Source: Patescibacteria group bacterium
GTDB taxonomy: Bacteria; Patescibacteriota; Microgenomatia; UBA1400; CG1-02-47-37
DNA: 64,000 bases
Direction: 5' to 3'
Assembly (NCBI GenBank): GCA_038065055.1
Contig: JBBTRT010000004.1
Span: forward strand, 13,677 to 77,676
Below, one piece after another: positions 50,485-59,301 of the stretch (positions within the stretch are counted from its first letter, which is position 1; each line of letters opens with the position of its first letter). The translations under genes were made by a program, and so were the position numbers. The notes below the pieces were generated by a model. That model was not told where the DNA came from, did not search any database, and saw only the letters and a program-made list of their open reading frames with translations.

Positions 50485-51264
50485 ATGTCGTTAAAAAAAT
50501 ACTGGCGTTGCTGGTTAACCATGGGGGCAATGACTTTTAGCTCCTTAATGTCCACCCGCCTGGCCTCATTGTTGTTTATTTCCGGCAAAATTGCCCGGAT
50601 CTTTTTATTTATTTTGTTATTGCTGGCCCTTAAAACTAAAATTACCCTGTTGTCCGGTTACACCCTAGATCAATTATTAATTTTTTATTTGATTTACACT
50701 TTGTTTGATTTGCTCGGCCAAATCTTTTTTCGGGGGATTTACTGGTACAGGAGCGATCTTTTATCCGGCAATTTTGATTTCACTTTAACCAAACCCTTAA
50801 GTCCTTTATTCCAGGTTTTAGTTAATCACACTGATTGGTTAGATATTCCGCCCTTAATTTTAACCGTAATTTTTTTAATTTATAAATTGCCGTCAGTCAG
50901 CGTTTCGACTTTGCTTGGTTTTATTTTTTTAAGCTTTCTAGCCATGATACTTATTACTGCCGTTCATATTTTTGTGGCCGCCATCGGTGTTTTAACTCTG
51001 GAAGTTGATCATACTATCTGGATTTTTCGGGATTTATCCCAGATGGCCCGTTTTCCGGTTGATATTTATACTCAGGGTGTCCAATTTTTCTTAACTTATA
51101 TTATTCCCATTGCCTTTATTTTTACTTTTCCTGCTAAAATTCTTTTAGGTTTATTATCCGGACGGTTAATTTTAATAACCGTTTTGGTTACAGTTGCGTT
51201 TTACTGGCTGGTTATCAAATTTTGGCAATATGCCCTTAAAACTTATGCGTCGGCTTCCAGTTAA
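50485..51264 (+). CDS. ABC-2-family transporter permease (type B, copy 2)
   Basis: Paralog of 47333..48121 (tail TYASASS). Confidence 0.55.
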   Translation: MSLKKYWRCWLTMGAMTFSSLMSTRLASLLFISGKIARIFLFILLLLALKTKITLLSGYTLDQLLIFYLIYTLFDLLGQIFFRGIYWYRSDLLSGNFDFTLTKPLSPLFQVLVNHTDWLDIPPLILTVIFLIYKLPSVSVSTLLGFIFLSFLAMILITAVHIFVAAIGVLTLEVDHTIWIFRDLSQMARFPVDIYTQGVQFFLTYIIPIAFIFTFPAKILLGLLSGRLILITVLVTVAFYWLVIKFWQYALKTYASASS

Positions 51265-52876
51265 AAATATTCTCATCATTTGCGGCCTGGTTTTATTGGG
51301 CTTGGTGATTTTAAGAAGCTTTCTTCGCGTCGGCTTCCCCCAAACTCACGACGGTGATATGCACCTCGCCCGTCTGGCCAACTTAAATCTGGCCTTTCAC
51401 GACCACCACTTTCCTTTCCGCTGGGCCCGGAACTTAAATCACGAATTTGGCATGCCGATTTTCAATTTTTACTACTATTTATTGGAATTACTCGCCTTTA
51501 TCCCCATGAAGCTGGGTTTTAGTATCGAACACAGTTTAAAACTCGTCACGGTTTTAAGTTACTTGGGGGCAGCCATTGTTTGGTTTATCTTTTTACTGCC
51601 GAAGTTTGGCCGTTTGGCGGCCACAGCGGCGGCAATTTTTTCTTTAACCGCGATTTACCCCTTAGCGGTCATTATGATCCGGGGCAGTTTGGGCGAGGTT
51701 TTAGCTTACAGCTTATTGGTTTTAAATTTTTATTTATTGGATTTATTTATTTCCCGTCCCAGCCGCTGTCGCTATTTGTTGGCGGTGGGGGGACTAGTGT
51801 TGTTTTTACTCTCCCACAACATTACGGTAATTTTTGGCTTGCCCATCTTGGCGCTTTTTTGCGCGGTTCTGCTTTGGCAAAAACCATTTAGCCTCTGGTT
51901 AAAAGTGGCAGCAGTCTTTATTAATAGTATCGGCCTGACTTTATTTTTCTGGCTACCGGTTTTACTGGAGCGCTCGTTTACTTATTTCGATTCAATTTCT
52001 ACCGGCAAGGAATTATTTAAACATTTCCCTACCCTTGGCCAACTAATTTATATGAAATGGGATTTTGGGACGTCTTTGCCTGGTCCCAACGACACCATGA
52101 GTTTTACTTTAGGCCCAGTCCACTGGCTGATAATTTTATTGGCTTTTTTGGTTAAAAAGCGGGGATTTTTTCACTGGGGGTTTCTGGTTTTTGTTTTTTT
52201 GGCTTTGCCGGTTTCCGCTTGGTTTTGGCGCTTGTTTCCGATGCTTAACTTTGTCCAATTTCCCTGGCGGCTGGTATTATTTTTAACTTTATTTGGTAGT
52301 TTTTTAGCCGCAGTTGCCGCCAAATTTTATCCCAAATTAACTTCGGTTTTACTGGTTGCTGCCGCAGTTTTTACCCTTAGCACCGTCTATGACCAGTGGC
52401 ATTTTAACTGGCCCGATGCTTTTTATTTTCACTATCCCTTTACCACCACTACTCAGCTGGAAGCCATGCCTAAATGGTTTGACGCCACCGGTAATGCCAA
52501 GTTTTACGGCGTGCCGGATAAAGTATTTTCTTTAACCGGCCAAACTGTAGGCATCAATAATTCCAATTGGCAAACCCAAAAACATACTTATCAAATTGAG
52601 GTGAAAGAAGCCGATCAATTATTCGAGCGCACCAGTTATTTCCCCGGTTGGGCTATTACAGTTGATGGCCAGCCCCGGGATATTATTTATGAAAATAAGC
52701 AATTTCCCGGCCTGATCGGGTTTAGTGTTTCTGCCGGCACCCACCAAATTGTGACGACTTTTTCCGACTCCACCCCGGCGCGTTATTGGGGCGACAAACT
52801 TTCGCTTTTAAGTTTGGGCATATTAATAATTACAATTATTTTTTATGAAAGAAAAAAAATTAACCATAAAAATTAA
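51245..52876 (+). CDS. Large polytopic membrane protein, GT-C-fold glycosyltransferase-like (PMT/ArnT/YfhO-type)
   Basis: About 13 TM. First extracytoplasmic loop with acidic HDGD motif. Overlaps the end of the permease gene. Start uncertain (51230 or 51245). Confidence 0.35.
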   Translation: MRRLPVKNILIICGLVLLGLVILRSFLRVGFPQTHDGDMHLARLANLNLAFHDHHFPFRWARNLNHEFGMPIFNFYYYLLELLAFIPMKLGFSIEHSLKLVTVLSYLGAAIVWFIFLLPKFGRLAATAAAIFSLTAIYPLAVIMIRGSLGEVLAYSLLVLNFYLLDLFISRPSRCRYLLAVGGLVLFLLSHNITVIFGLPILALFCAVLLWQKPFSLWLKVAAVFINSIGLTLFFWLPVLLERSFTYFDSISTGKELFKHFPTLGQLIYMKWDFGTSLPGPNDTMSFTLGPVHWLIILLAFLVKKRGFFHWGFLVFVFLALPVSAWFWRLFPMLNFVQFPWRLVLFLTLFGSFLAAVAAKFYPKLTSVLLVAAAVFTLSTVYDQWHFNWPDAFYFHYPFTTTTQLEAMPKWFDATGNAKFYGVPDKVFSLTGQTVGINNSNWQTQKHTYQIEVKEADQLFERTSYFPGWAITVDGQPRDIIYENKQFPGLIGFSVSAGTHQIVTTFSDSTPARYWGDKLSLLSLGILIITIIFYERKKINHKN

Positions 52877-53240
52877 CCGTTCAACCGTCGCAGTTTTTGA
52901 GTTTTGTTTAAATCCCAAAAATACTCCGCTGTGGGCTGACTCGATTGTCAAGGAAGAAGCCAATGAACAGCCGACAAAACTTGGCACAATTTATCGGAAC
53001 GTTAATCGTAATGGTCAATGGTCGGAATATGCTGTTGTTGCCTACGATAAAGATAAAATGTTTGAGCTTAAATTAAATGACAATAATTATCATGTTCGCT
53101 ATACACTAATTCCAGTTGGGGAGAACGAATGCAAATTAGAATATTATGAATGGGTGGAAACAGATGATCTTGCCGTTCCTTTCACCAAGGATATTTTAAA
53201 CAAACTTAAAACCGTCATTGAAAACACTAAGTTAATTTAA
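52845..53240 (+). CDS. SRPBCC (START/Bet v1-like) family protein
   Basis: 131 aa with SRPBCC-like beta-alpha pattern; low-identity call. Confidence 0.4.
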   Translation: MKEKKLTIKINRSTVAVFEFCLNPKNTPLWADSIVKEEANEQPTKLGTIYRNVNRNGQWSEYAVVAYDKDKMFELKLNDNNYHVRYTLIPVGENECKLEYYEWVETDDLAVPFTKDILNKLKTVIENTKLI

Positions 53241-53252
53241 ATTATCTTAGTA

Positions 53253-53275
53253 TCACACTCCCGGTGTGTGATAGA
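53253..53275. repeat. Hairpin element TCACAC-tcccggt-GTGTGA + TAGAG (family copy B)
   Basis: One substitution relative to copy A at 40654. Confidence 0.5.
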
Positions 53276-53283
53276 GTAAATTT

Positions 53284-53724
53284 ATGAAAATAATGATTTT
53301 TTTACACGGTACGGCGACCAAACCGGCAAAACTTGATTTGCTCGGTCAGAATTTTAGAAAATATGAACCAACGGGTAATGCCGTGGCTAAAATTCAAGCC
53401 TGGGTTGATCAAGGCGCGCAAATTTGTTATTTAACTTCGCACCAAAATTCCAAAATGATTCCGGTCGACCAAGCGGTGTTGGATAAATTCGGTTTTCCCA
53501 AAGGTGAAATTTATTGGCGGCAAAACGGCGAAGCTTATAAAGACGTGGCCGAACGGATGACACCGGATATTTTAATCGAAGACGACTGCGAGTCGATCGG
53601 CGGCGAAGCGGAAATGACTTACCCGCATATTCGGGAAGACTTAAAGCCGAAAATTAAATCTATTGTGGTCAAAGAATTCCAGGGAATAGACCATTTACCT
53701 GATTCTCTGGAAGAATTAGAATAA
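53284..53724 (+). CDS. HAD-fold-like protein with non-canonical motif I (duplicate 1)
   Basis: IFLHGTAT replaces hhDxDGT. Motif II LTS, Lys, and IEDD motif IV are present. About 80% identical to 55590..56033. Confidence 0.4.
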   Translation: MKIMIFLHGTATKPAKLDLLGQNFRKYEPTGNAVAKIQAWVDQGAQICYLTSHQNSKMIPVDQAVLDKFGFPKGEIYWRQNGEAYKDVAERMTPDILIEDDCESIGGEAEMTYPHIREDLKPKIKSIVVKEFQGIDHLPDSLEELE

Positions 53725-53728
53725 GTTA

Positions 53729-54547
53729 ATGGTTAAAAATAAACTGGCAGTTTTTGAAGGGATGAAAATCCGCAGACACTGGGACGATAAAAATGAAAAA
53801 TGGTGGTTTTCAGTGGTGGATGTAGTAGCGGTGCTGGGGGGAAGTGCCAGCCCCCGAAAATATTGGAATAAATTAGCTGAGCGTTTAAGAGCAGAGGGAA
53901 GTGAGTTGGTGACAAAATGTCACCAACTGAAAATGTTGGCTCCTGATGGCAAATATTATTTAACTGACACTGCTGATACGGAAACAATATTACGCTTAAT
54001 CCAGTCAATTCCGTCGCCTAAGGCCGAGCCGTTTAAGTTGTGGTTGGCGCGCGTGGGGTACGAGCGGATCGAAGAAGCCGAAGACCCGGAAAAAGCGATT
54101 CAGCGGGCAATGCAGTTTTACTTAAAGCGCGGCTATTCTAAAAACTGGATCAACCAAAGATTAAAGAGCATTGAAATTAGGAAGGATTTAACCGACGAGT
54201 GGGAAACTCGCGGTGTCAGCCAAGGCGACGAATTTGCGATTTTAACCGATGACATCACTTTTGCCTGGGCGGGGATGAAAACTAAGCATTACAAAAAACA
54301 CAAAGGCCTGAAAAAAGAAAATTTGCGGGACAACATGACCAATTTGGAGCTGGTTTTGAATATGTTGGCCGAAGTTTCCACTACGGAAATTTCTAAAAAA
54401 GTCCAGCCGGAAAATCTTATCCAAAATCGTCAGGTAGCCCGTGAAGGTGGCGGCATTGCCGGCACAGCCCGCCGGAAACTGGAGAAAAAGACCGGCAAAA
54501 AAGCCATTACCAGATTAAATGCCAAAGACTTAAAATTAATCAAATGA
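53729..54547 (+). CDS. RhuM-family / Bro-N-like domain protein (mobile-element associated)
   Basis: N-terminal IRRHWDDKNEKWWFSVVDVVAVLG (Bro-N-like). C-terminal FAILTDDITFAWAGMK...NLRDNMTNLELV pattern of the RhuM family. Confidence 0.5.
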   Translation: MVKNKLAVFEGMKIRRHWDDKNEKWWFSVVDVVAVLGGSASPRKYWNKLAERLRAEGSELVTKCHQLKMLAPDGKYYLTDTADTETILRLIQSIPSPKAEPFKLWLARVGYERIEEAEDPEKAIQRAMQFYLKRGYSKNWINQRLKSIEIRKDLTDEWETRGVSQGDEFAILTDDITFAWAGMKTKHYKKHKGLKKENLRDNMTNLELVLNMLAEVSTTEISKKVQPENLIQNRQVAREGGGIAGTARRKLEKKTGKKAITRLNAKDLKLIK

Positions 54548-54894
54548 CTAAACAGTTTTTGAAAGACGCGTTCGGTTGGGGATTTTTGTTATGGTTAATC
54601 GGTTATGTTTTGGGAATGATGCTTTTTGCCGTGTTGCCGGTTAATTTGATTGGCTGGGTAATTATGCCGCTAGGTATGGCGATTACTTTATGGGTGCTGT
54701 TTAAAAAAATCAAGAGTGAACAATTTGATTATTTTATAAAACTGGGAGTGGTTTGGCTGCTGATCGCCATTCTTTTTGACTACTTCTTTTTAGTCAAAGC
54801 CTTCAAGGTCGTCGGTTACTACAAACCCTCGGTCTATTTGTATTACGCCCTAACTTTTATATTACCTCTTTTGGTTGGTTGGAAGAAAAAATAA
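54544..54894 (+). CDS. Small membrane protein (four TM)
   Basis: Hydrophobic profile; overlaps the preceding stop. Confidence 0.4.
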   Translation: MTKQFLKDAFGWGFLLWLIGYVLGMMLFAVLPVNLIGWVIMPLGMAITLWVLFKKIKSEQFDYFIKLGVVWLLIAILFDYFFLVKAFKVVGYYKPSVYLYYALTFILPLLVGWKKK

Positions 54895-54972
54895 TTCTAC
54901 GTTTTTCATACGCTCGAGCGTTGCCAAAACATAGGTTTTAACCCGGGGTAAAAATTAGAGTAAAATAAGATA

Positions 54973-55392
54973 ATGGCGGGAAACATCGAAGCGTCAATCA
55001 ATAGTATTGTGGACTTGGGCGACGCCAATGAATGGATACTCTTTGACACTAAAATGCTGGGTGTTTGTGACAATCTGGCTTATGTTGATTGGGCGACAAC
55101 CTCTGGTTTGGCTGATACGCGTTTAAATGCCCGGGATTTAGCCGTATCAATTTTTGAAAATACGACCATTCAACCGATTTTAACCGAGAAGCAGGAAAAA
55201 GACCTGTACCATATTTTAGATGAAGACGAGAATCTTCATTTGCGCCGCAAAGCCGCGTTTGCTTTATGTAAATTCGGCAAGCGAACCCCAAAAGTAATTG
55301 ATCAGATTAAAGAGGCGGCTGATAAAGATGACGAGTTAAGATATACTGCCCGAAAATTTTTAGATCAACTTAGTACAGACGGCTATACTTAG
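54973..55392 (+). CDS. Hypothetical protein (139 aa)
   Basis: ORF with alpha-helical repeat character. Confidence 0.35.
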   Translation: MAGNIEASINSIVDLGDANEWILFDTKMLGVCDNLAYVDWATTSGLADTRLNARDLAVSIFENTTIQPILTEKQEKDLYHILDEDENLHLRRKAAFALCKFGKRTPKVIDQIKEAADKDDELRYTARKFLDQLSTDGYT

Positions 55393-55397
55393 TAAAT

Positions 55398-55420
55398 TAC
55401 ACCTCTAAGGTGTGATAGAG
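55398..55420. repeat. Hairpin element ACACC-tctaa-GGTGT + GATAGAG (family copy C, diverged)
   Basis: Shares the 3' flank GTGTGATAGAGTAA with copies A and B. Confidence 0.4.
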
Positions 55421-55535
55421 TAAGTGAAACCACTAAGTTAATTTAAATTATTTTAGTAATGAAACATAACACTTTTTTATACGATCGTATACTTATTCGT
55501 TATGTTGATGAATTAACTATTCCTAAATTAAATTA

Positions 55536-55558
55536 GTTGTCCGAGAAAATCGGACAAC
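55536..55558 (+). promoter_or_regulatory. Perfect 9-bp stem hairpin GTTGTCCGA-gaaaa-TCGGACAAC upstream of duplicate 2
   Basis: Direct read. Shares the GTCCGA/TCGGAC core with the hairpin at 44642. Confidence 0.35.
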
Positions 55559-55589
55559 TGAAATTTTCTAAAGTGCTAAAATTAATCAA

Positions 55590-56033
55590 ATGAAAATAAT
55601 GGTGTTTTTGCACGGGACAGCAACGAAGCCGGCTAAGTGGGATTTAACCGGCCAGATTTTTAATAAATACGAACCAACCGGTAATAGCGTCGCTAAAATA
55701 AAAGCTTGGGTGGATCAAGGTACCAAGATTTGTTATTTAACTTCACACCAAAATCCGAAAATGATTCCGGTGGACCAAAAAGTTATGGACAAATACGGTT
55801 TTCCCAAAGGAGAGATTTATTATCGTCAAGCAGGTGAGAAATACAAAGATGTGGCGGAGCGGGTGAGGCCGGATGTTTTGATCGAGGATGATTGTGAATC
55901 CATCGGCGGCGAGGCCGAAATGGCCTATCCGCATATCCGTGAAGATTTAAAGTCGAAAATTAAATCTATTGTGGTTAAAGAATTTCAGGGAATAGACCAT
56001 TTACCTGATTCATTGACAGAATTGTCATCCTAA
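55590..56033 (+). CDS. HAD-fold-like protein with non-canonical motif I (duplicate 2)
   Basis: About 80% aa identity to 53284..53724. Confidence 0.4.
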   Translation: MKIMVFLHGTATKPAKWDLTGQIFNKYEPTGNSVAKIKAWVDQGTKICYLTSHQNPKMIPVDQKVMDKYGFPKGEIYYRQAGEKYKDVAERVRPDVLIEDDCESIGGEAEMAYPHIREDLKSKIKSIVVKEFQGIDHLPDSLTELSS

Positions 56034-56051
56034 TCTTCATAAAATCTTCAT
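56032..56051 (+). promoter_or_regulatory. Direct repeats AATCTTCAT x2 with 11-bp phasing (candidate OmpR-family response-regulator site)
   Basis: AATCTTCATAAAATCTTCATGAA, about 40 nt upstream of the DUF1573 gene. Confidence 0.3.
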
Positions 56052-56087
56052 GAACCAGGTTGTAAGCTATCGGTGGAGTAATTCACT

Positions 56088-56588
56088 ATGTCACCCAAAG
56101 CGATTATTATCAGTTTATTGGTTATTATCAGTTTTGTGGTTGGCATAGCTTTTATTCTGACTGCGGGGCAAAAAACTTCATCACCGCCAGCCACTTTTTC
56201 CAGCCAGGATGTTGATAGGCCCCAAGCCGAAATCGGTCAGGCATTATTTGACTTGGGCGAGATCAAAGTCTCTGACGTCAAACAACAGGATTTTACTCTG
56301 AAAAATATTGGCAGCCGGCCCTTGCAAATTCTTAACGTTAATTCCAGTTGCGGTTGTACTGCCGGCCAGATTATTTATCAGGGTGTAACTAGCAAAGAAT
56401 ATAGTATGCACGCCCAGGGCAGTGGCTATGTCACTGAAATCGCTCCGGGAGATGAAGCTACAGTAAGGTTGATTTACCGTCCGGCAATTATGCCGGTCTA
56501 TGGCGCTGTCGAACGCGAAGTTTATATTTCTACCAATGACCCAATCAAGCCCAAATTAGTTTTTAGCATTAAAGCCGTGGTTAAATAG
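56088..56588 (+). CDS. DUF1573-domain membrane-anchored protein
   Basis: N-terminal TM, conserved SCGCT motif and beta-sandwich typical of DUF1573. Confidence 0.6.
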   Translation: MSPKAIIISLLVIISFVVGIAFILTAGQKTSSPPATFSSQDVDRPQAEIGQALFDLGEIKVSDVKQQDFTLKNIGSRPLQILNVNSSCGCTAGQIIYQGVTSKEYSMHAQGSGYVTEIAPGDEATVRLIYRPAIMPVYGAVEREVYISTNDPIKPKLVFSIKAVVK

Positions 56589-56589
56589 C

Positions 56590-57414
56590 ATGAACTTAAA
56601 TTTCTTATTCGGCGTGTCTTTAACCGCTTCTTTTTTAGCCGGCGTTCTCGCTTTATTTGCCCCCTGTTGTATTACTTTTCTTTTTCCCTCGTACCTCGGA
56701 ACTATTTTTAAGGCCAAGAGAAAAGTCATGGCCTATACCCTAATTTTTGCTTTGGGTTTGGCTTTTGTTCTGGTGCCGATTAGCTTGGGCTTTCGCGCCG
56801 TGGTCTTTTTTCTGGATACCTACCATCTTCAGGTTTATTATCTTGGGGCCTTGATCATGATTTTGATGGGAGTGATGACCCTAAAACCGATTTTCCACTT
56901 GCCGCAATATTTCCATGTTCGGATTCAGCCGGGCCAACCAATTAACGCCGCCAGCGTTTTTGCTTTGGGTTTAATGTCCGGCCTGACTTCTGCCTGCTGC
57001 GCCCCGGTTTTGTTTGCCGCCGTTACCTTAACCTCGCTTTCACCGACATTATTGCAGGCTTTAATTGTATCTTTGGCTTATGTCTTAGGCATAGTGATGC
57101 CGTTATTTATCATGTCTTACGTTTATACCCGGGCGACTGTCTCAATTTCCGGCCCCAAGCGCCAAAAACTTTATCAAATTCTGAAATATCTCGGCGCCGG
57201 TATTTTTTTTCTGACCGGAATTTTAATCGCCGTCTTTAATTTTCAGGGTAAAATTCAAATGAACCAAATGGAACCGTACAGCCAGAAAATCAGATTATTA
57301 GTTTTTGAGATCGCCAAATATTTTCAAAATCCGCTGCTGGATCTGCTTGTTTTCAGCATCATCATTTTTATTTTTTATAAATTATTAAGGTATAAAATCA
57401 ATGTTGAAAAATAA
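56590..57414 (+). CDS. ccdA: CcdA/DsbD-family thiol-disulfide transporter (cytochrome c biogenesis-type)
   Basis: Six TM. Paired Cys in TM1 (LFAPCC) and TM4 (TSACCAP), as in CcdA. Confidence 0.55.
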   Translation: MNLNFLFGVSLTASFLAGVLALFAPCCITFLFPSYLGTIFKAKRKVMAYTLIFALGLAFVLVPISLGFRAVVFFLDTYHLQVYYLGALIMILMGVMTLKPIFHLPQYFHVRIQPGQPINAASVFALGLMSGLTSACCAPVLFAAVTLTSLSPTLLQALIVSLAYVLGIVMPLFIMSYVYTRATVSISGPKRQKLYQILKYLGAGIFFLTGILIAVFNFQGKIQMNQMEPYSQKIRLLVFEIAKYFQNPLLDLLVFSIIIFIFYKLLRYKINVEK

Positions 57415-58315
57415 ACTTTTTCCGGTTTTAATTCTTAGCGCCTTTGTCAATTTACTTTTGCTGGTTTTTTTAATTATTCCCAAAATTTCTCCGCGGCCGG
57501 CTCCGGTAGCAACCCCTGACTTTTCGGCCGGTCAGGCAAATTTATTCAATGAAATAAATCCGGAATCTGGTTATGAAATTTCTGCTCAATTTGGCGATCT
57601 GGGCCCGAAAATGATTTCTTTAGGCGTAATCGATCCGGAAAAATTCAAGAACGCCTATCAAAAATCCAATCAGCCGTTAACCCCGGAACAGGAAATCATT
57701 TTATTCACCGGTTCGGACCAAAAGATCACTATTACCCGGGACAATGCCTACTTTTTATTAAATTTTTTCTGGGCGGCCGGTTTGGCTAACCACTCCGATA
57801 TTTTAGATAATGGCCAAATAATGCAGTACGGCGGCAAAAAAGAAGCCGGTAAATTTGCCTCAACCGGCGGCTGGACTTTGGCCAAAGGCGAGCCAATGAA
57901 TTATTACTCCAAATCAGTTTTAATTCCCTTAACCCGGGAACAGGCGGAACTGGTTGATTCGGTCGCCGCTAATATTTTCCGTCCCTGCTGTAATAACTCG
58001 ACCGCTTTTCCCGACTGCAACCACGGCATGGCGCTTTTAGGCGTTCTCCAGCTCATGGCTTCAAGCGGGGCCGGTGAACCGGAAATGTATGAAGCAGGTA
58101 AATATTTCAACGCCTTTTGGTTCCCCGGCAATTACTATGATTTGGCTTTATATTTTAAAAATAAAGACGGGTTATCCTTCAAAGACGTTGATCCTAAAAT
58201 CTTATTAAGCCGCGATTATTCCTCGGCCTCCGGTTGGCAAAATGCCAAGCAATGGTTGGCTGAAAAAGGTTTAATTCAACCACCGCCCAAGCAGGGCGGC
58301 GGCTGCGGGGTGTAA
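57401..58315 (+). CDS. Secreted Cys-rich hypothetical protein
   Basis: Signal-anchor, then CC...C cluster (RPCCNNSTAFPDCNHG). Ends GGGCGV. Confidence 0.4.
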   Translation: MLKNKLFPVLILSAFVNLLLLVFLIIPKISPRPAPVATPDFSAGQANLFNEINPESGYEISAQFGDLGPKMISLGVIDPEKFKNAYQKSNQPLTPEQEIILFTGSDQKITITRDNAYFLLNFFWAAGLANHSDILDNGQIMQYGGKKEAGKFASTGGWTLAKGEPMNYYSKSVLIPLTREQAELVDSVAANIFRPCCNNSTAFPDCNHGMALLGVLQLMASSGAGEPEMYEAGKYFNAFWFPGNYYDLALYFKNKDGLSFKDVDPKILLSRDYSSASGWQNAKQWLAEKGLIQPPPKQGGGCGV

Positions 58316-58353
58316 GATAAAATTAACTTGGTCTTTAAAGGGGGTGATAAATT

Positions 58354-58620
58354 GTGAAACATAATCCAATTGCCTTAGCCAATGCTTTAGGTGTGGTTAC
58401 AGCCGGAATCTATATTGCCTGCCGGGTCTTGGTTGGCCTATTTCCCGGTATGATGTTTTCCGTCGCTCAATCATGGCTTCATGGTGTTGAACTTACCCAG
58501 CTTAATTCCTGGAATTTATCTCTGGGAGCATTTTTCGTCGGTTTAGCCTCATCCGCAGTTTTTGCCTGGCTTATTGGTTATTTTATTGCCGTAGCGTACA
58601 ATTACTTCGACAAAAAATAA
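58354..58620 (+). CDS. Small membrane protein (two TM)
   Basis: 88-aa hydrophobic ORF. Confidence 0.4.
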   Translation: MKHNPIALANALGVVTAGIYIACRVLVGLFPGMMFSVAQSWLHGVELTQLNSWNLSLGAFFVGLASSAVFAWLIGYFIAVAYNYFDKK

Positions 58621-58629
58621 TCAACCACC

Positions 58630-59298
58630 ATGAGAATTTTAATTATTGAAGACGAACTCCGGTTAAACAATATTATCAAAACCGGCTTAACCGAAGCCGG
58701 TTTTGCTGTTGACCAGGCCTTTGATGGCGAGGAGGGTAAGTATTTGGCTGAAAGCGAACCGTACGACTTAATTATCCTGGATATTATGCTGCCAAAAATT
58801 AACGGCTTAGACTTGTGCCGCAAACTCAGGCAGAAAAATATTAAAATACCGGTATTAATGTTGACTGCCAAATCAAGCACGGAAGATAAAGTGGCTGGTT
58901 TGGACAGCGGCGCTGACGATTATTTAACCAAGCCGTTTTCTTTTATTGAACTTCGCTCCCGGATCCACGCCCTAATCAGGCGCAGCCATCAGGAAACCGC
59001 GCCAATACTTAAAGCCGAAGACTTGGAATTAGACCCCTTAAAACATTTGGTTTCCCGTAACCAAAAATTAATAAAATTAACCCCCAAAGAATTTGCCATT
59101 TTGGAACTTCTGCTCCGCCGCCTGGGCGAAGTTGTCAGCCGGACCATAATTATCGAACATGTTTGGGATTACAATTTTGACGGTTTAAGCAATGTCGTGG
59201 ATGTATTTGTGGGGTCGCTGCGCCGAAAAATCAATTTAAATGCCAAAATCAAATTGATCCATACAATTCATGGGGTTGGTTATCAAATCAACGCTTAA
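58630..59298 (+). CDS. OmpR-family response regulator
   Basis: REC (IIEDE...LDIMLP) plus winged-helix Trans_reg_C. Confidence 0.85.
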   Translation: MRILIIEDELRLNNIIKTGLTEAGFAVDQAFDGEEGKYLAESEPYDLIILDIMLPKINGLDLCRKLRQKNIKIPVLMLTAKSSTEDKVAGLDSGADDYLTKPFSFIELRSRIHALIRRSHQETAPILKAEDLELDPLKHLVSRNQKLIKLTPKEFAILELLLRRLGEVVSRTIIIEHVWDYNFDGLSNVVDVFVGSLRRKINLNAKIKLIHTIHGVGYQINA

Positions 59299-59301
59299 AT
59301 T

